From: Candidatus Allocopromorpha excrementavium
GTDB lineage: Bacteria > Bacillota > Clostridia > Peptostreptococcales > Anaerovoracaceae
Reading direction: 5' to 3'
NCBI GenBank assembly: GCA_018715265.1
Contig: DVLX01000026.1
Span: forward strand, 235-64,234
DNA: 64,000 bases
Part shown: positions 44,468 to 53,960 of the stretch, piece after piece
How the letters are laid out: each line of letters opens with the position of its first letter
Numbering within the stretch: the stretch's first letter is position 1
The notes under the pieces: model-generated
What the model saw: the letters and a program-made list of their open reading frames with translations, nothing else
Database searches by the model: none
Told to the model about the DNA's origin: nothing
Position numbers and translations under genes: made by a program

Positions 44468-45958
44468 ATGATTTTTATGTCAATATCAGCTCTTTTCGAG
44501 ATGTTTGAAAACAATATAAATATAATCATCATACTGGTTTTTGCCAGTGTTCCGCTCCTCATCGGCTCGGCAGCCGCTACAAGATCAGTTTCCACAGTTT
44601 CCGATTTTTTTCTGTGCAACCGTTCTTTAGGCACGGCAATATCCTTTTCCACCATATATGCCACATGGTGGAGCTCTTTCGCATTCCTGGGGTCCACCTC
44701 ATCCTTCTACTTTCAAGGGCCGGTGTACTGGATCGCTCTCGGATGGAACGCACTGTTCGGCATTGCCTTTATGATCTTCGGCAGAAAACTGCGTCAGGAA
44801 AAAAATTCCATGAACTACAGGACCCCTGTAGATTTTTTCAACGATAAGTACAACTCACCGATACTCAATAAAACTATAATAGTCATGCTCATAGTTTTCA
44901 CTATCCCCTACATATCCGTGCAGTTCATGGGAGGCGGCATCCTGATCGAAATGGCTACGAACAGCCTGATACCATGGCGTATAAGCACACTTTTCTTTTT
45001 ATTCATCATGATAATATACATATGGTCGGGAGGACTTCGCGCCGTAGCATGGACCGACAGCCTGTACACCATATTGATATTCACAGGTATGCTCCTTACC
45101 GGTATCATATTTATCCATATGACAGGCGGCATATCGGAAACTTTCAAGGCCATCTCAGAAACTTCCCCTCAAAGTCTGCACTTTCCTGAGGAAATAAACG
45201 GCGTGAACGGCTACGGTTTCTGGATATCTCTTCTTATCGTGATGCCCATGGGCGAACTTATGATGCCTCAGATATGGACCAGGATCTACGCTATAAAGGA
45301 GAAAAAAACTTTTTACATCATGCCGATACTTCTGTGTATCTCCACCATCGCCTACGCCGGACCTATGCTGGCAGGCAACGCCGCCCTCGTCCTTGAGCCA
45401 GACTACAACGGCTCGGTAGATTACATACTTCCTACTATGCTGATAAATTATCTGCCCCCGGTACTCATGTCAATCATAATATGCTGCGCCGTATCCGCCT
45501 GCCTCTCCACTGCAAATTCACAGCTCCACTCTCTATCGCAGATAATAATACTGGATGTGTATAAAAACTGCTTCAACACGAAAGCGACCGAAAAACATCT
45601 TGTATTCATGGCAAAACTCGTCATCCTGCTTATCGCTGTATTCACATATATGCTGCTTCTATCGGGCAGCCTTACTACCATATTTGACACTACCCTGATG
45701 TCGTTTTGCGTAATAATGCAGCTCATCGTACCGGCAGCAGGAGCCTTATGGTGGGACAAAGCAGATGCAGATACAGCTCTCGCCGGACTTCTTCTCGGTC
45801 TTAGCGTCACTCTCCTGCTTTCATTTTGGCATCCATTCACCATGCCTTTGAGCTCAGGCCTTATAGGACTTATTTGTAATGCCGCGCTTTTCGTTATATC
45901 ATGTCATTTCAAAGCAAAATGCAGCAGTCCTGCTATAGGAGGTTCGTATGACAAATAA
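44468..45958 (+). CDS. Sodium:solute symporter (SSS) family transporter
   Basis: About 13 hydrophobic segments; the N-terminal region (DFFLCNRSLGTAISFSTIYATWWS) is SSS-like. The start is uncertain because no Shine-Dalgarno precedes 44468. Confidence 0.8.
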   Translation: MIFMSISALFEMFENNINIIIILVFASVPLLIGSAAATRSVSTVSDFFLCNRSLGTAISFSTIYATWWSSFAFLGSTSSFYFQGPVYWIALGWNALFGIAFMIFGRKLRQEKNSMNYRTPVDFFNDKYNSPILNKTIIVMLIVFTIPYISVQFMGGGILIEMATNSLIPWRISTLFFLFIMIIYIWSGGLRAVAWTDSLYTILIFTGMLLTGIIFIHMTGGISETFKAISETSPQSLHFPEEINGVNGYGFWISLLIVMPMGELMMPQIWTRIYAIKEKKTFYIMPILLCISTIAYAGPMLAGNAALVLEPDYNGSVDYILPTMLINYLPPVLMSIIICCAVSACLSTANSQLHSLSQIIILDVYKNCFNTKATEKHLVFMAKLVILLIAVFTYMLLLSGSLTTIFDTTLMSFCVIMQLIVPAAGALWWDKADADTALAGLLLGLSVTLLLSFWHPFTMPLSSGLIGLICNAALFVISCHFKAKCSSPAIGGSYDK

Positions 45959-46190
45959 GCAGCATTCATATAAATTGAAAACAAAAATACTGTATATTTC
46001 CATAATCGCATGTTTCGTGCTGATGGGCTGCCCTGTTGTGATACTTATCGATAACAGCTGTTTAAAGTTCATGAACATACCCGCTCTCTACATCTATATC
46101 TTCATTTTATGGATACTGCTGTGTATCTTGACTTTCTGGGGATACAGACTGAAGTGGGGAGACAAAAACGATGCCGATAAAAACAAGTGA
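45948..46190 (+). CDS. Small two-TM membrane protein, possibly a DUF3311-like symporter accessory subunit
   Basis: 80 aa with two hydrophobic helices. It overlaps the end of the symporter gene by 11 nt. Loosely similar to the 47801-48082 protein. Confidence 0.4.
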   Translation: MTNKQHSYKLKTKILYISIIACFVLMGCPVVILIDNSCLKFMNIPALYIYIFILWILLCILTFWGYRLKWGDKNDADKNK

Positions 46191-46193
46191 TAA

Positions 46194-46236
46194 ACAAAAC
46201 GGCTGCCCGTTAAATCAACGGACAGCCGTTTTTATG
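46194..46236. terminator. Bidirectional intrinsic terminator between the convergent symporter modules
   Basis: 14-bp stem AACGGCTGCCCGTT / AACGGACAGCCGTT with one mismatch and a 5-nt loop. T-runs follow on both strands. Confidence 0.6.
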
Positions 46237-46310
46237 ATTGAGGTAGTACTGAGTATTTCGCTTTTATCCACCCTTTATTAAAAAACTACACTTAGCTTAC
46301 TTCCCTTAGA

Positions 46311-47801
46311 CTATTTTTCAAGAAGTCTGTTATTTTTAACGACTTTCGTCATCTGATAATACTCGTATCTTCTCATTGTGATCTCATCAGTCTTAGTGGC
46401 AAGGCTTGCGATCACTGTAACTATGAGGTTGACCACCATTGCATAGAATCCAGGATTTACTCCAAACGGCATCGCTGCTGCTCCGCCCATTCCAAGCTGC
46501 ATTATCGCATAGGAAACAACACCTGCTATTATTCCTGCTCCTACACCGTACTTATTGGCTTTCTTCCAGAAGAATCCAAGAACTACCGCGATGAATGTCT
46601 GGGAAAGACCTCCGTAAGCGATGCTGACCACATTCGCCATCAGAGCCGGGAAATACAGCGCTACGATAGCGCCTACGATCAGGAATACTGCTGTTACTAC
46701 TCTTACGAGAGATGCCATCTTCTTCTCTTCAAAATCAGGCTTTATGACACCCATGATGTTCTTCGAGAAAAGACCTCCTACGCAGAGAGCCGACATAGCC
46801 ATTACAAGGATCGCTGTGAGAGCGCCGCCGCCTGCTATAACACCTATCATCCATCCCGGAAGCGTATCTACTGCTATAGCCAGCAGCGACCAGTCGCTGT
46901 TCTCAAGATTAGGTATCTCGGCCACGGCATAGTACGCAGCGATTACCAGGAACGGGAACATGATCATGTAAAGAGGCATAAGTATGGAATTCTTTCTCAA
47001 AGTATTGCCGCTCTTGCTTGTAAGCAGCGCCTGAAATGAAATAGGCAGCATATAAAAACCAAGCATCTGGAACATGATAGTCGACATGGTATATTCCACA
47101 TTCGTCTCACCTGGATTCGTCGATATTATAAGTTTTTCAGGGTTCGTTTCCGCAACTTTGTGGAAGATACCGCCAACTCCGCCCGGCATCTTAACTACCG
47201 CAGCTATACCTATTATGATTATAGACATTACAAGAAGTATGTCTTTCATTACACTTACCCATGCAGGAGCTCTGATACCGGCAACTGCTATGTATATAAA
47301 GGCTAAAGCTGTAGCTATAACTACTGCCGCTATGAAGCTTACACCTATGTTGAGATATTCAAACAGTATAGCCATACCCGAGAACTGGTTCTGTATCCAC
47401 GGAGTCAGGAATATTATAGCAACCAGCGCTACTATTACCTGCAGACCCTTACTGTTGTATCTCCATCCTATAACATCTCCTATGGAAGTAGCTCCGGAAA
47501 GCTGCCCCATTCTCCAGATGGCAGGATTCATAAAATATCCTATACAGTATGCTAAAAGTATATAGCATATGAACCAGAGTCCGTATGTAGCTCCGTTTGC
47601 GTATATAGACCCCGGCGTCCCTATCATAGTACCGATACTGTATATCTCACCTACAGAGATAAAGAATACGAGGAACGCTCCGAAAGAGCCGCCCGCAGTC
47701 ATTACATCACCCATATCCGAGCTGACCGCACCTTTTTTTGAAAGTATCGCTATCACCAGAGAGGCGATCAATATTATACAAAAGATCACAAATGCTGCCA
47801 T
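46311..47801 (-). CDS. Sodium:solute symporter (SSS) family transporter
   Basis: 496 aa polytopic protein with SSS-like organisation. The start codon overlaps the stop of the upstream small membrane protein gene by 1 nt (47801). Confidence 0.85.
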   Translation of the reverse strand: MAAFVIFCIILIASLVIAILSKKGAVSSDMGDVMTAGGSFGAFLVFFISVGEIYSIGTMIGTPGSIYANGATYGLWFICYILLAYCIGYFMNPAIWRMGQLSGATSIGDVIGWRYNSKGLQVIVALVAIIFLTPWIQNQFSGMAILFEYLNIGVSFIAAVVIATALAFIYIAVAGIRAPAWVSVMKDILLVMSIIIIGIAAVVKMPGGVGGIFHKVAETNPEKLIISTNPGETNVEYTMSTIMFQMLGFYMLPISFQALLTSKSGNTLRKNSILMPLYMIMFPFLVIAAYYAVAEIPNLENSDWSLLAIAVDTLPGWMIGVIAGGGALTAILVMAMSALCVGGLFSKNIMGVIKPDFEEKKMASLVRVVTAVFLIVGAIVALYFPALMANVVSIAYGGLSQTFIAVVLGFFWKKANKYGVGAGIIAGVVSYAIMQLGMGGAAAMPFGVNPGFYAMVVNLIVTVIASLATKTDEITMRRYEYYQMTKVVKNNRLLEK

Positions 47802-48082
47802 TATTTTTTCACCTCCCCGTTTTCTTCAGCTTCAATAAGCGACTTCACTTCTTCCAGCTTCTTATCCGCCAGAACCTTTGCATCTTCCCTGTTGAGCGGA
47901 TCTATCTTAAAAGCTATGAACAAACACAGGGATGTAAGGAAGAGCCATAAGAAGATCCAGAAATAGTTAAATGAAAATCCGAGCACGAAAGGCTCTATTC
48001 TGTTATACAACGGAAAGCATACAGTTACTGCACAAAAGGGAACTATCAGTCCGATAATGATCGTTAACAGTCGATTTTTCAT
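47801..48082 (-). CDS. DUF3311-like small membrane protein (symporter accessory subunit)
   Basis: Two TM helices with PLYNRIEPFVLGFSFNYFWIFLW, resembling the DUF3311 pattern. It lies directly upstream of the SSS transporter gene. Confidence 0.55.
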   Translation of the reverse strand: MKNRLLTIIIGLIVPFCAVTVCFPLYNRIEPFVLGFSFNYFWIFLWLFLTSLCLFIAFKIDPLNREDAKVLADKKLEEVKSLIEAEENGEVKK

Positions 48083-48316
48083 TTTTTTCTCCTTTCAAAG
48101 TGTGAATTATGATTCCAGTAGTATACTATTACTCTTTTCTTAATTGTCACTCTATTCTGTCTTAACTTTTCTTAACAGAATCTTAAATCCGTTTAAGATT
48201 CACGGTATAGCTTTAAACTATGGTTTACTATTTGATCAAGGCATTTGTATTTTTTTCTCAAAGCTCTTAAAATAATGATGTAAGAAACTATACGTCACGT
48301 CAGGAGGTATGACTAT

Positions 48317-49429
48317 ATGAACAATATGCAATACAGAAAACTTCCCCATGGCGGCGAACTTATCAGCGTTATAGGACTCGGCATGGGATACATACATGAA
48401 AGCGGCGAAAAAGAAATAGAAGAAACAGTCCGCTATGCAATAGAACACGGTATAAACTACTTTGATATGGTTGCCTCTGAATGGACTCCCTATCCTGCAT
48501 ACGGCAGAGCTTTCAAAGACTCAAGAGAAAAAATCTATCTGCAGATGCACTTCGGAGCCATGTACGACAGCGGCAAATACGGCTGGACCCTCGATATGGA
48601 CAAAATACAAAGCAACTTCAAAAGAGAGCTGGATGCTCTCGGTACCGACTACACCGATATGGGATTCGTCCACTGTGTAGACGATGAACAGGATGCAAAG
48701 ACCATCCTTTCCGGCAGCATCTGGAAATATATAAAGTCGCTTAAAGACTCCGGCGCTGTGCGTCACATAGGACTTTCTTCCCATAATCCCGAGATAGTAA
48801 AACGCTTTCTGGATACAGGACTGATCGATATGGTCATGTTCAGCATAAATCCTGCATATGACTATTCGACAGGTGACTACGGGATAGGAAGCGTTTCAAA
48901 AAGAGCTTCTTTATACAGGGCATGCGAGCAGGCGGGCGTCGGCATATCCGTAATGAAACCTTTCGGCGGAGGACAGCTTCTCGACGCGAAAACTTCACCG
49001 TTCAAAAAATTCCTCACAAAAAATCAATGCATCAAGTACGCTCTCGACCGCCCGGCAGTGCTGACTGTTCTCCCGGGAGTCAGAGGTCTTAAAGACTTAA
49101 AGGAGATCCTCCGATACCTTGATGCCTCACCTGAAGATACTGATTATTCCGTCATAGGCACTTTCGCACCCCAGGACGCCGATGGTATATGCGTATACTG
49201 CAACCACTGCCAGCCTTGTCCTCAGGGAATCGACATCGGACTTATCAACAAATACTACGATCTGTCAGTCGCCGGAGATGAGCTTGCCGCAGGTCATTAC
49301 GAGAAACTTTCAGTTAAAGCAGATGCCTGCGTAATGTGCGGACACTGCGAATCACGCTGCCCTTTCCATGTCAGACAGGAAACAAGAATGAAAGAGATCG
49401 ATGATTATTTTTCAAATCTTAAAGCATGA
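48317..49429 (+). CDS. Aldo/keto reductase with a C-terminal 4Fe-4S ferredoxin-type domain
   Basis: AKR N-terminus (YRKLPHGGELISVIGLGMG ... INYFDM) and C-terminal CxxCxxC...CP motifs (CVYCNHCQPCP, CVMCGHCESRCP). Confidence 0.8.
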   Translation: MNNMQYRKLPHGGELISVIGLGMGYIHESGEKEIEETVRYAIEHGINYFDMVASEWTPYPAYGRAFKDSREKIYLQMHFGAMYDSGKYGWTLDMDKIQSNFKRELDALGTDYTDMGFVHCVDDEQDAKTILSGSIWKYIKSLKDSGAVRHIGLSSHNPEIVKRFLDTGLIDMVMFSINPAYDYSTGDYGIGSVSKRASLYRACEQAGVGISVMKPFGGGQLLDAKTSPFKKFLTKNQCIKYALDRPAVLTVLPGVRGLKDLKEILRYLDASPEDTDYSVIGTFAPQDADGICVYCNHCQPCPQGIDIGLINKYYDLSVAGDELAAGHYEKLSVKADACVMCGHCESRCPFHVRQETRMKEIDDYFSNLKA

Positions 49430-49485
49430 TCTGAAATATATACAAGATTTACACAGAAAACTCAATTTACTCTTAAACACAACAA

Positions 49486-49518
49486 AAGACCGGGCTTCAT
49501 ATCGCCCGGTCTTTTTAC
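49486..49518. terminator. Bidirectional intrinsic terminator
   Basis: 10-bp perfect stem AAGACCGGGC / GCCCGGTCTT, followed by TTTTAC. The reverse strand also has a T-run. Confidence 0.6.
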
Positions 49519-49561
49519 AGATATTTTAAATCACGCACCGTATTCCCGCATCTTATCTTTA

Positions 49562-50278
49562 TCAGCTTTTCCTTGCCGTTACATCATCATTGAATTTATA
49601 TCCGGCTCCTCTTATATTGAAAATATATTTTATATCTTTTTCCTTCGATTCGATCTTTTTCCTGATATTACTGATATAGACCATTATCGTTCTGCTGTCT
49701 CCGGCAAGGCTTTCTTCTTTCCAGACCAGCTCAAACAACTGGTCCATGCTGAAAACTCTTTTAGGACTTTTCATCAGTATATTCAAAATATCGAACTCCT
49801 TAGCTGTCAGATTTATATTCTCACCATCCAAGGTGACTTTTCTCCCTGCTTCATCGAGAATCAATCCATTGCATTCGTATATCTGAAATTTATCTATATC
49901 CCCTTTTGAACGTCTTTCTCTTCTCAAATGAGCTTTGACTCTCGCTATCAGCTCCCCGGAACTGAAAGGTTTCGTTATATAATCATCCCCTCCTACCGAA
50001 AGCGCTATGATCTTGTCGATCTCCTCCGACTTGCAGCTCATGAATACTATAGGACTTGAAACCTTGTTCCTGATCTGCAGGCAAAGATCCACACCGCTCA
50101 TATCAGGCAACATCACGTCAAGTATTATAAGATCCGGAGTTATCACATCGAGAGTTTCTATGGCCGATGCCGCATCATATGCCGTATAAGTCTGAAACTG
50201 CTCATTGTCCAGAAAAGATTTTACAAGAAGGCACATTTCCTTTTCATCATCGACTATCAGTATTTTTTCATTGCTCAT
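49562..50278 (-). CDS. OmpR-family response regulator (no adjacent kinase of its own)
   Basis: ILIVDDE ... LIILDVMLPDMSG ... KP receiver and a wHTH (LTAKEFDILNIL ... RGAGYKF). Confidence 0.9.
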   Translation of the reverse strand: MSNEKILIVDDEKEMCLLVKSFLDNEQFQTYTAYDAASAIETLDVITPDLIILDVMLPDMSGVDLCLQIRNKVSSPIVFMSCKSEEIDKIIALSVGGDDYITKPFSSGELIARVKAHLRRERRSKGDIDKFQIYECNGLILDEAGRKVTLDGENINLTAKEFDILNILMKSPKRVFSMDQLFELVWKEESLAGDSRTIMVYISNIRKKIESKEKDIKYIFNIRGAGYKFNDDVTARKS

Positions 50279-50415
50279 TATATCACCTTGTTCAATATTA
50301 AAACTATTTTGATAATTTTACTATATTTTAACACAATGTGCATATATCGTACAAGGCTTCATATTTACACGTTTTCAGCCGCTCTTTTTCTAACGTCTTC
50401 TTGTTTTTCGCCATC

Positions 50416-50754
50416 TTATATTATCATCATATAAGATTTAACCATTCCCAGCACTACCGAAGCTGTTACCAGAAGATATGCCGGCATGCATCTTCCTTCA
50501 GATCTATATTTCATGTAAACGAGTATTCCTGCGATTCCCATAAATCCGAATACCCACGAAAGCACCTGATAAATGATCCAGTTTGTCGGAGCGCTCGTTG
50601 CTCCCAATACTGCGATTATCATGCCCCATACAGCCATCGCATAGAAAGTACCTTTTTTTGCCCCTTCACTTTTAACTGAATACATGAGTATAAGTCCCAG
50701 TATGCTTATCAAACTCATAACGATAAATAATATAAGTAATATTCCCAGTGCCAT
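50416..50754 (-). CDS. Hypothetical small membrane protein (about 4 TM)
   Basis: 112 aa, almost entirely hydrophobic helices. It lies between a kinase gene and a regulator gene. No motif I recognise. Confidence 0.45.
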   Translation of the reverse strand: MALGILLILFIVMSLISILGLILMYSVKSEGAKKGTFYAMAVWGMIIAVLGATSAPTNWIIYQVLSWVFGFMGIAGILVYMKYRSEGRCMPAYLLVTASVVLGMVKSYMMII

Positions 50755-50928
50755 AATTTTTCCTCCTTTTCATATCTGCGATCTTGCGATCTGCATTTTC
50801 ACATTACACTTTTGTATTTTGGCTCTCTTGCCTTTCTGTGATCTTAAGATAACACCGCCGCATAAAGAATTTTCGTATATATTTCTGAAGAATTCTAAAG
50901 ATAACGATGTTTTGCAAAAATACAGATT

Positions 50929-51987
50929 CTATATAAAAAGGATTATGTCTATGGCAAAATTATCTTCTCCGCCGATCACTTCCGTTCTGCCTTTATAAAA
51001 TTCCGCGATCTTCTTTATGCTGTTGATGCCTATACCGTAGCTTTCCGCCGAACCGGGGGTGATCTTTGCCGTTTTGTTCTTCTGTCTTATATGAAATATG
51101 TTTTTATCATTATCCTTTTCAAGCGTTATATACATTTCTACTTTTCCCGAAGTACTTGCATACTTTTCCACATTAGACGCAAGGTTATCTATTATTCTCC
51201 GAAAATCATAAACATCGACCATTCCTCCGAAATCATAACTTCCATCCACCTCTACAGTACAGTCGAATCTATCTTCGATCGTATCCTTCCATTCGTCAGC
51301 AAGCTGTTCCGCCAGCAATTTCATACTGCTTATATACTCCCCGCTCTCATTCTTTTCTTCCAGCAAACGGTCCGTAAGCACTTTCATCTGTTCAGATTTG
51401 ACCTGTATCAGCTCTATATATTTTCTCATTTCGCTTTCAGAAAGCTCTTTTTTATCAATCATGAAATCCGAATAAGCTATAATTGAAGTCAGAGGTGTTC
51501 TTATGTCGTGAGACAGGGATCTTATGAACAGCTCCCGCTTTTCTTTCATTTCTTTTTCTTTTCGTATTATATCGTTTTGAGATTCAGACAAATAGTTTAT
51601 ACTCTCCGCAAGCTTCGTAAGTTCATCGTTGCCTTCCGGAGTTATGTAAAACTTTTCTTCGGCATCCTCCATTTTTTCTATAGAATTTATTATATCTATA
51701 AGATAGGAAAGTCTCCTTCCCGTCATGAATAAAAACAGCACTAAAAACGCAACTACTGCCGCTATTACGCATATACCCGTTATCCACATTGCCAGAGCCC
51801 GCTGATGACCTTCTGCCAGTATAAAACCTCGCATATAAAGATAATTTTCCGATATTGAAACTGCCGTAAAATAGAAAAAACAAAATATGAACAGTGATAT
51901 AAGCACAGATATCCCCAGATCTTCCAGCATTTCAAAGGCGAGTTTTCGAGGTCTTCTTTTATTTTCTTTCTTACTTTTAATCAACAT
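50929..51987 (-). CDS. Sensor histidine kinase
   Basis: Two TM helices, H-box LSHDIRTPLTSI, N-box IIDNLASNVEKY, and a G-box-like YGIGINSI. Start taken at the ATG at 51987, which overlaps the upstream regulator gene by 11 nt. Confidence 0.8.
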   Translation of the reverse strand: MLIKSKKENKRRPRKLAFEMLEDLGISVLISLFIFCFFYFTAVSISENYLYMRGFILAEGHQRALAMWITGICVIAAVVAFLVLFLFMTGRRLSYLIDIINSIEKMEDAEEKFYITPEGNDELTKLAESINYLSESQNDIIRKEKEMKEKRELFIRSLSHDIRTPLTSIIAYSDFMIDKKELSESEMRKYIELIQVKSEQMKVLTDRLLEEKNESGEYISSMKLLAEQLADEWKDTIEDRFDCTVEVDGSYDFGGMVDVYDFRRIIDNLASNVEKYASTSGKVEMYITLEKDNDKNIFHIRQKNKTAKITPGSAESYGIGINSIKKIAEFYKGRTEVIGGEDNFAIDIILFI

Positions 51988-52792
51988 AATAGCCTTTCCC
52001 CCAAGCGGTTTTGATATAGCGAGGATTTCTCGAATCATCTCCGAGTTTTTTTCGGAGGTTCTTTATATGTACCATGATGGTCTCATCTCCTACCGCATCA
52101 TCCTCCCAGACACTTCTATATATATTTTCAAGAGAATATATTTTCTTTCGATGGCTTACAAGAAGTTCAAGTATACGAAATTCTGTATAAGTCAACATGA
52201 TTATTTCCTCTCCTCTATATACAGCCTGTTCATCAAGGTCCACGGCTATGTCTTTATAAACTATCCTGTTGCCCTCTTCCGCCACATCGCTTACCGCTGC
52301 TTTATCACCGTCCGGCGAATTTGCTGTGCAAGCGGTCTGTACGATACGTTCAGGTTTTCCTGCCTCCTGCTGTTTTCCTGCTTCTGCTCCGAATCCTCCT
52401 CCGGCCGTTTCCTGAACGGCAGAATACTGTCTGCTTCTTCTAAGCAGTGATCTGACTCTGAGAAGCAATTCAGTACCGGAAAAGGGTTTTACTATGTAGT
52501 CATCGGCTCCTGCGGCAAATCCCAAAGCTTTGTCGGATTCACCGGAATAAGCAGTGAGAAATATTATCGGCGCAAAATATTTTTTTCTTATTTCCATTCC
52601 CGCGGAAAATCCGGACACCTCAGGCATATTTACATCCAGTATATAAAGGTCTATATCATCTGCTGCCATGTCTATGGCTTCTCTCCCATTATGCGCCTCT
52701 CTGACTTCATATCCCTCTTCCCGCAGTATCATCCCCAGAATATCAAGTATTTCCTGTTCATCATCAGCTATCAGTATCTTTACATTCTCCAT
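51977..52792 (-). CDS. OmpR-family response regulator with an unusually long inter-domain linker
   Basis: Receiver (ILIADDE ... LYILDVNMPEVSG ... KP) and wHTH (LTYTEFRILELL ... AWGKGYYV), separated by a ~55-60 aa Gly/Ala/Glu-rich linker. Confidence 0.85.
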   Translation of the reverse strand: MENVKILIADDEQEILDILGMILREEGYEVREAHNGREAIDMAADDIDLYILDVNMPEVSGFSAGMEIRKKYFAPIIFLTAYSGESDKALGFAAGADDYIVKPFSGTELLLRVRSLLRRSRQYSAVQETAGGGFGAEAGKQQEAGKPERIVQTACTANSPDGDKAAVSDVAEEGNRIVYKDIAVDLDEQAVYRGEEIIMLTYTEFRILELLVSHRKKIYSLENIYRSVWEDDAVGDETIMVHIKNLRKKLGDDSRNPRYIKTAWGKGYYVD

Positions 52793-52896
52793 TTTATTTC
52801 CTCTCCTGCCGTACGGCCGCGCATTTCCCTCGATAGATCCTCATTTAACAGATCTTGTTTTCCTGGTTACATTTTAACATGGCACATACAGCTAAA

Positions 52897-52935
52897 CAAA
52901 TAAAAAGAAAACCGGAAGCTTTTATGCTCCCGGTT
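52897..52935 (-). terminator. Intrinsic terminator of the rpsF-ssb-rpsR operon
   Basis: On the minus strand: AACCGGGAGC / GCUUCCGGUU 10-bp stem with one G-U pair and a 6-nt loop, then TTCTTTTTATTTG. Confidence 0.6.
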
Positions 52936-52965
52936 ATGATGCTTTTTAAAACCTGCCTCTGATGC

Positions 52966-53202
52966 TTAGTCAGCCGTGTAAGGCAGAAGCGCAACGATCC
53001 TTGCTCTTTTTATAGCCTTTGTGACATCTCTCTGATGTACAGCACATGTACCAGTGATCCTCTTAGGAAGGATCTTTCCTCTTTCTGTGATATACTTTCT
53101 GAGTTTTTCAACATCTTTGTAGTCTATAGTTTCCGCTTTGTCGGCACAGAACTGGCAAACTTTACGCCTTCTCATGCCACCGCGTCTCTTATTGTTTTCC
53201 AT
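52966..53202 (-). CDS. rpsR: 30S ribosomal protein S18
   Basis: [19 protein letters not shown] ... [21 protein letters not shown] is the S18 signature. Confidence 0.95.
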   Translation of the reverse strand: MENNKRRGGMRRRKVCQFCADKAETIDYKDVEKLRKYITERGKILPKRITGTCAVHQRDVTKAIKRARIVALLPYTAD

Positions 53203-53232
53203 TAGAATTGACTCCTTTCTTGCGGAACGAAT

Positions 53233-53658
53233 CTAAAACGGTATATCGTCATCGGTTATCGCCTGGAATCCTTCAGGAATACCGTTATCTGCATCGTCAT
53301 ACGATGACTGCTGCGAGCCGCCGCCTGATCTTGCAGGTCTGTCGCCCCATTCCAAAAATTCTACTCTGTCGGCGACAACATCCGTAGTGTATACGGTAAC
53401 GCCGTCTCTATTGGTATAGCTTCCTGTCTGAATCCTTCCCTGAACGCCTACGAGTCTTCCTTTTGCCAGGAACTTCTCACAGTTTTCTGCCTGTCTGCCG
53501 AACACGGTGACTCTCGGAAAATCGGTTTTCTTCTCCTGTCCCGCTCTTACAGGTCTGTCTATCGCTACAGTAAAGGATGCTACCGCCATCTGGCTTTCAG
53601 AAACATACCTTACTTCAGGGTCTCTTGTCAGTCTGCCTATAAGTACAACACTGTTCAT
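53233..53658 (-). CDS. ssb: Single-stranded DNA-binding protein
   Basis: MNSVVLIGRLTRDPEVRY OB-fold N-terminus and an acidic C-terminal tail (DDDIPF). Confidence 0.93.
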   Translation of the reverse strand: MNSVVLIGRLTRDPEVRYVSESQMAVASFTVAIDRPVRAGQEKKTDFPRVTVFGRQAENCEKFLAKGRLVGVQGRIQTGSYTNRDGVTVYTTDVVADRVEFLEWGDRPARSGGGSQQSSYDDADNGIPEGFQAITDDDIPF

Positions 53659-53672
53659 ACTGCACCCCTTCT

Positions 53673-53960
53673 CTATTTTTCATCTTTGTTAACGATAATG
53701 TGTCTCATAACGTTATCCGAAATCTTGAGTCTTCTGTCGAGCTCCTTCGGCAGAGTCGGCTCTCCCTTGAACTCGATGACTACATAATATCCTTCGTTTT
53801 TCTTCTGGATAGGATATGCAAGCTTTCTCATTCCCCATACGTCTGTGTTTCCGACTTCACCTTCGCTTGAGATGATCTCCTTTACAGCTTCAATCGCAGC
53901 TTCTTTCTTATCATCTTCCAGCGCCGGATCGAGAATGAACATTACTTCGTAGTTTATCAT
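53673..53960 (-). CDS. rpsF: 30S ribosomal protein S6
   Basis: MINYEVMFILDP ... WGMRKLAYPI is the S6 signature. The ATG at 53960 lies 8 nt after GGGAGG. The track's GTG at 53969 overlaps that RBS. Confidence 0.93.
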   Translation of the reverse strand: MINYEVMFILDPALEDDKKEAAIEAVKEIISSEGEVGNTDVWGMRKLAYPIQKKNEGYYVVIEFKGEPTLPKELDRRLKISDNVMRHIIVNKDEK

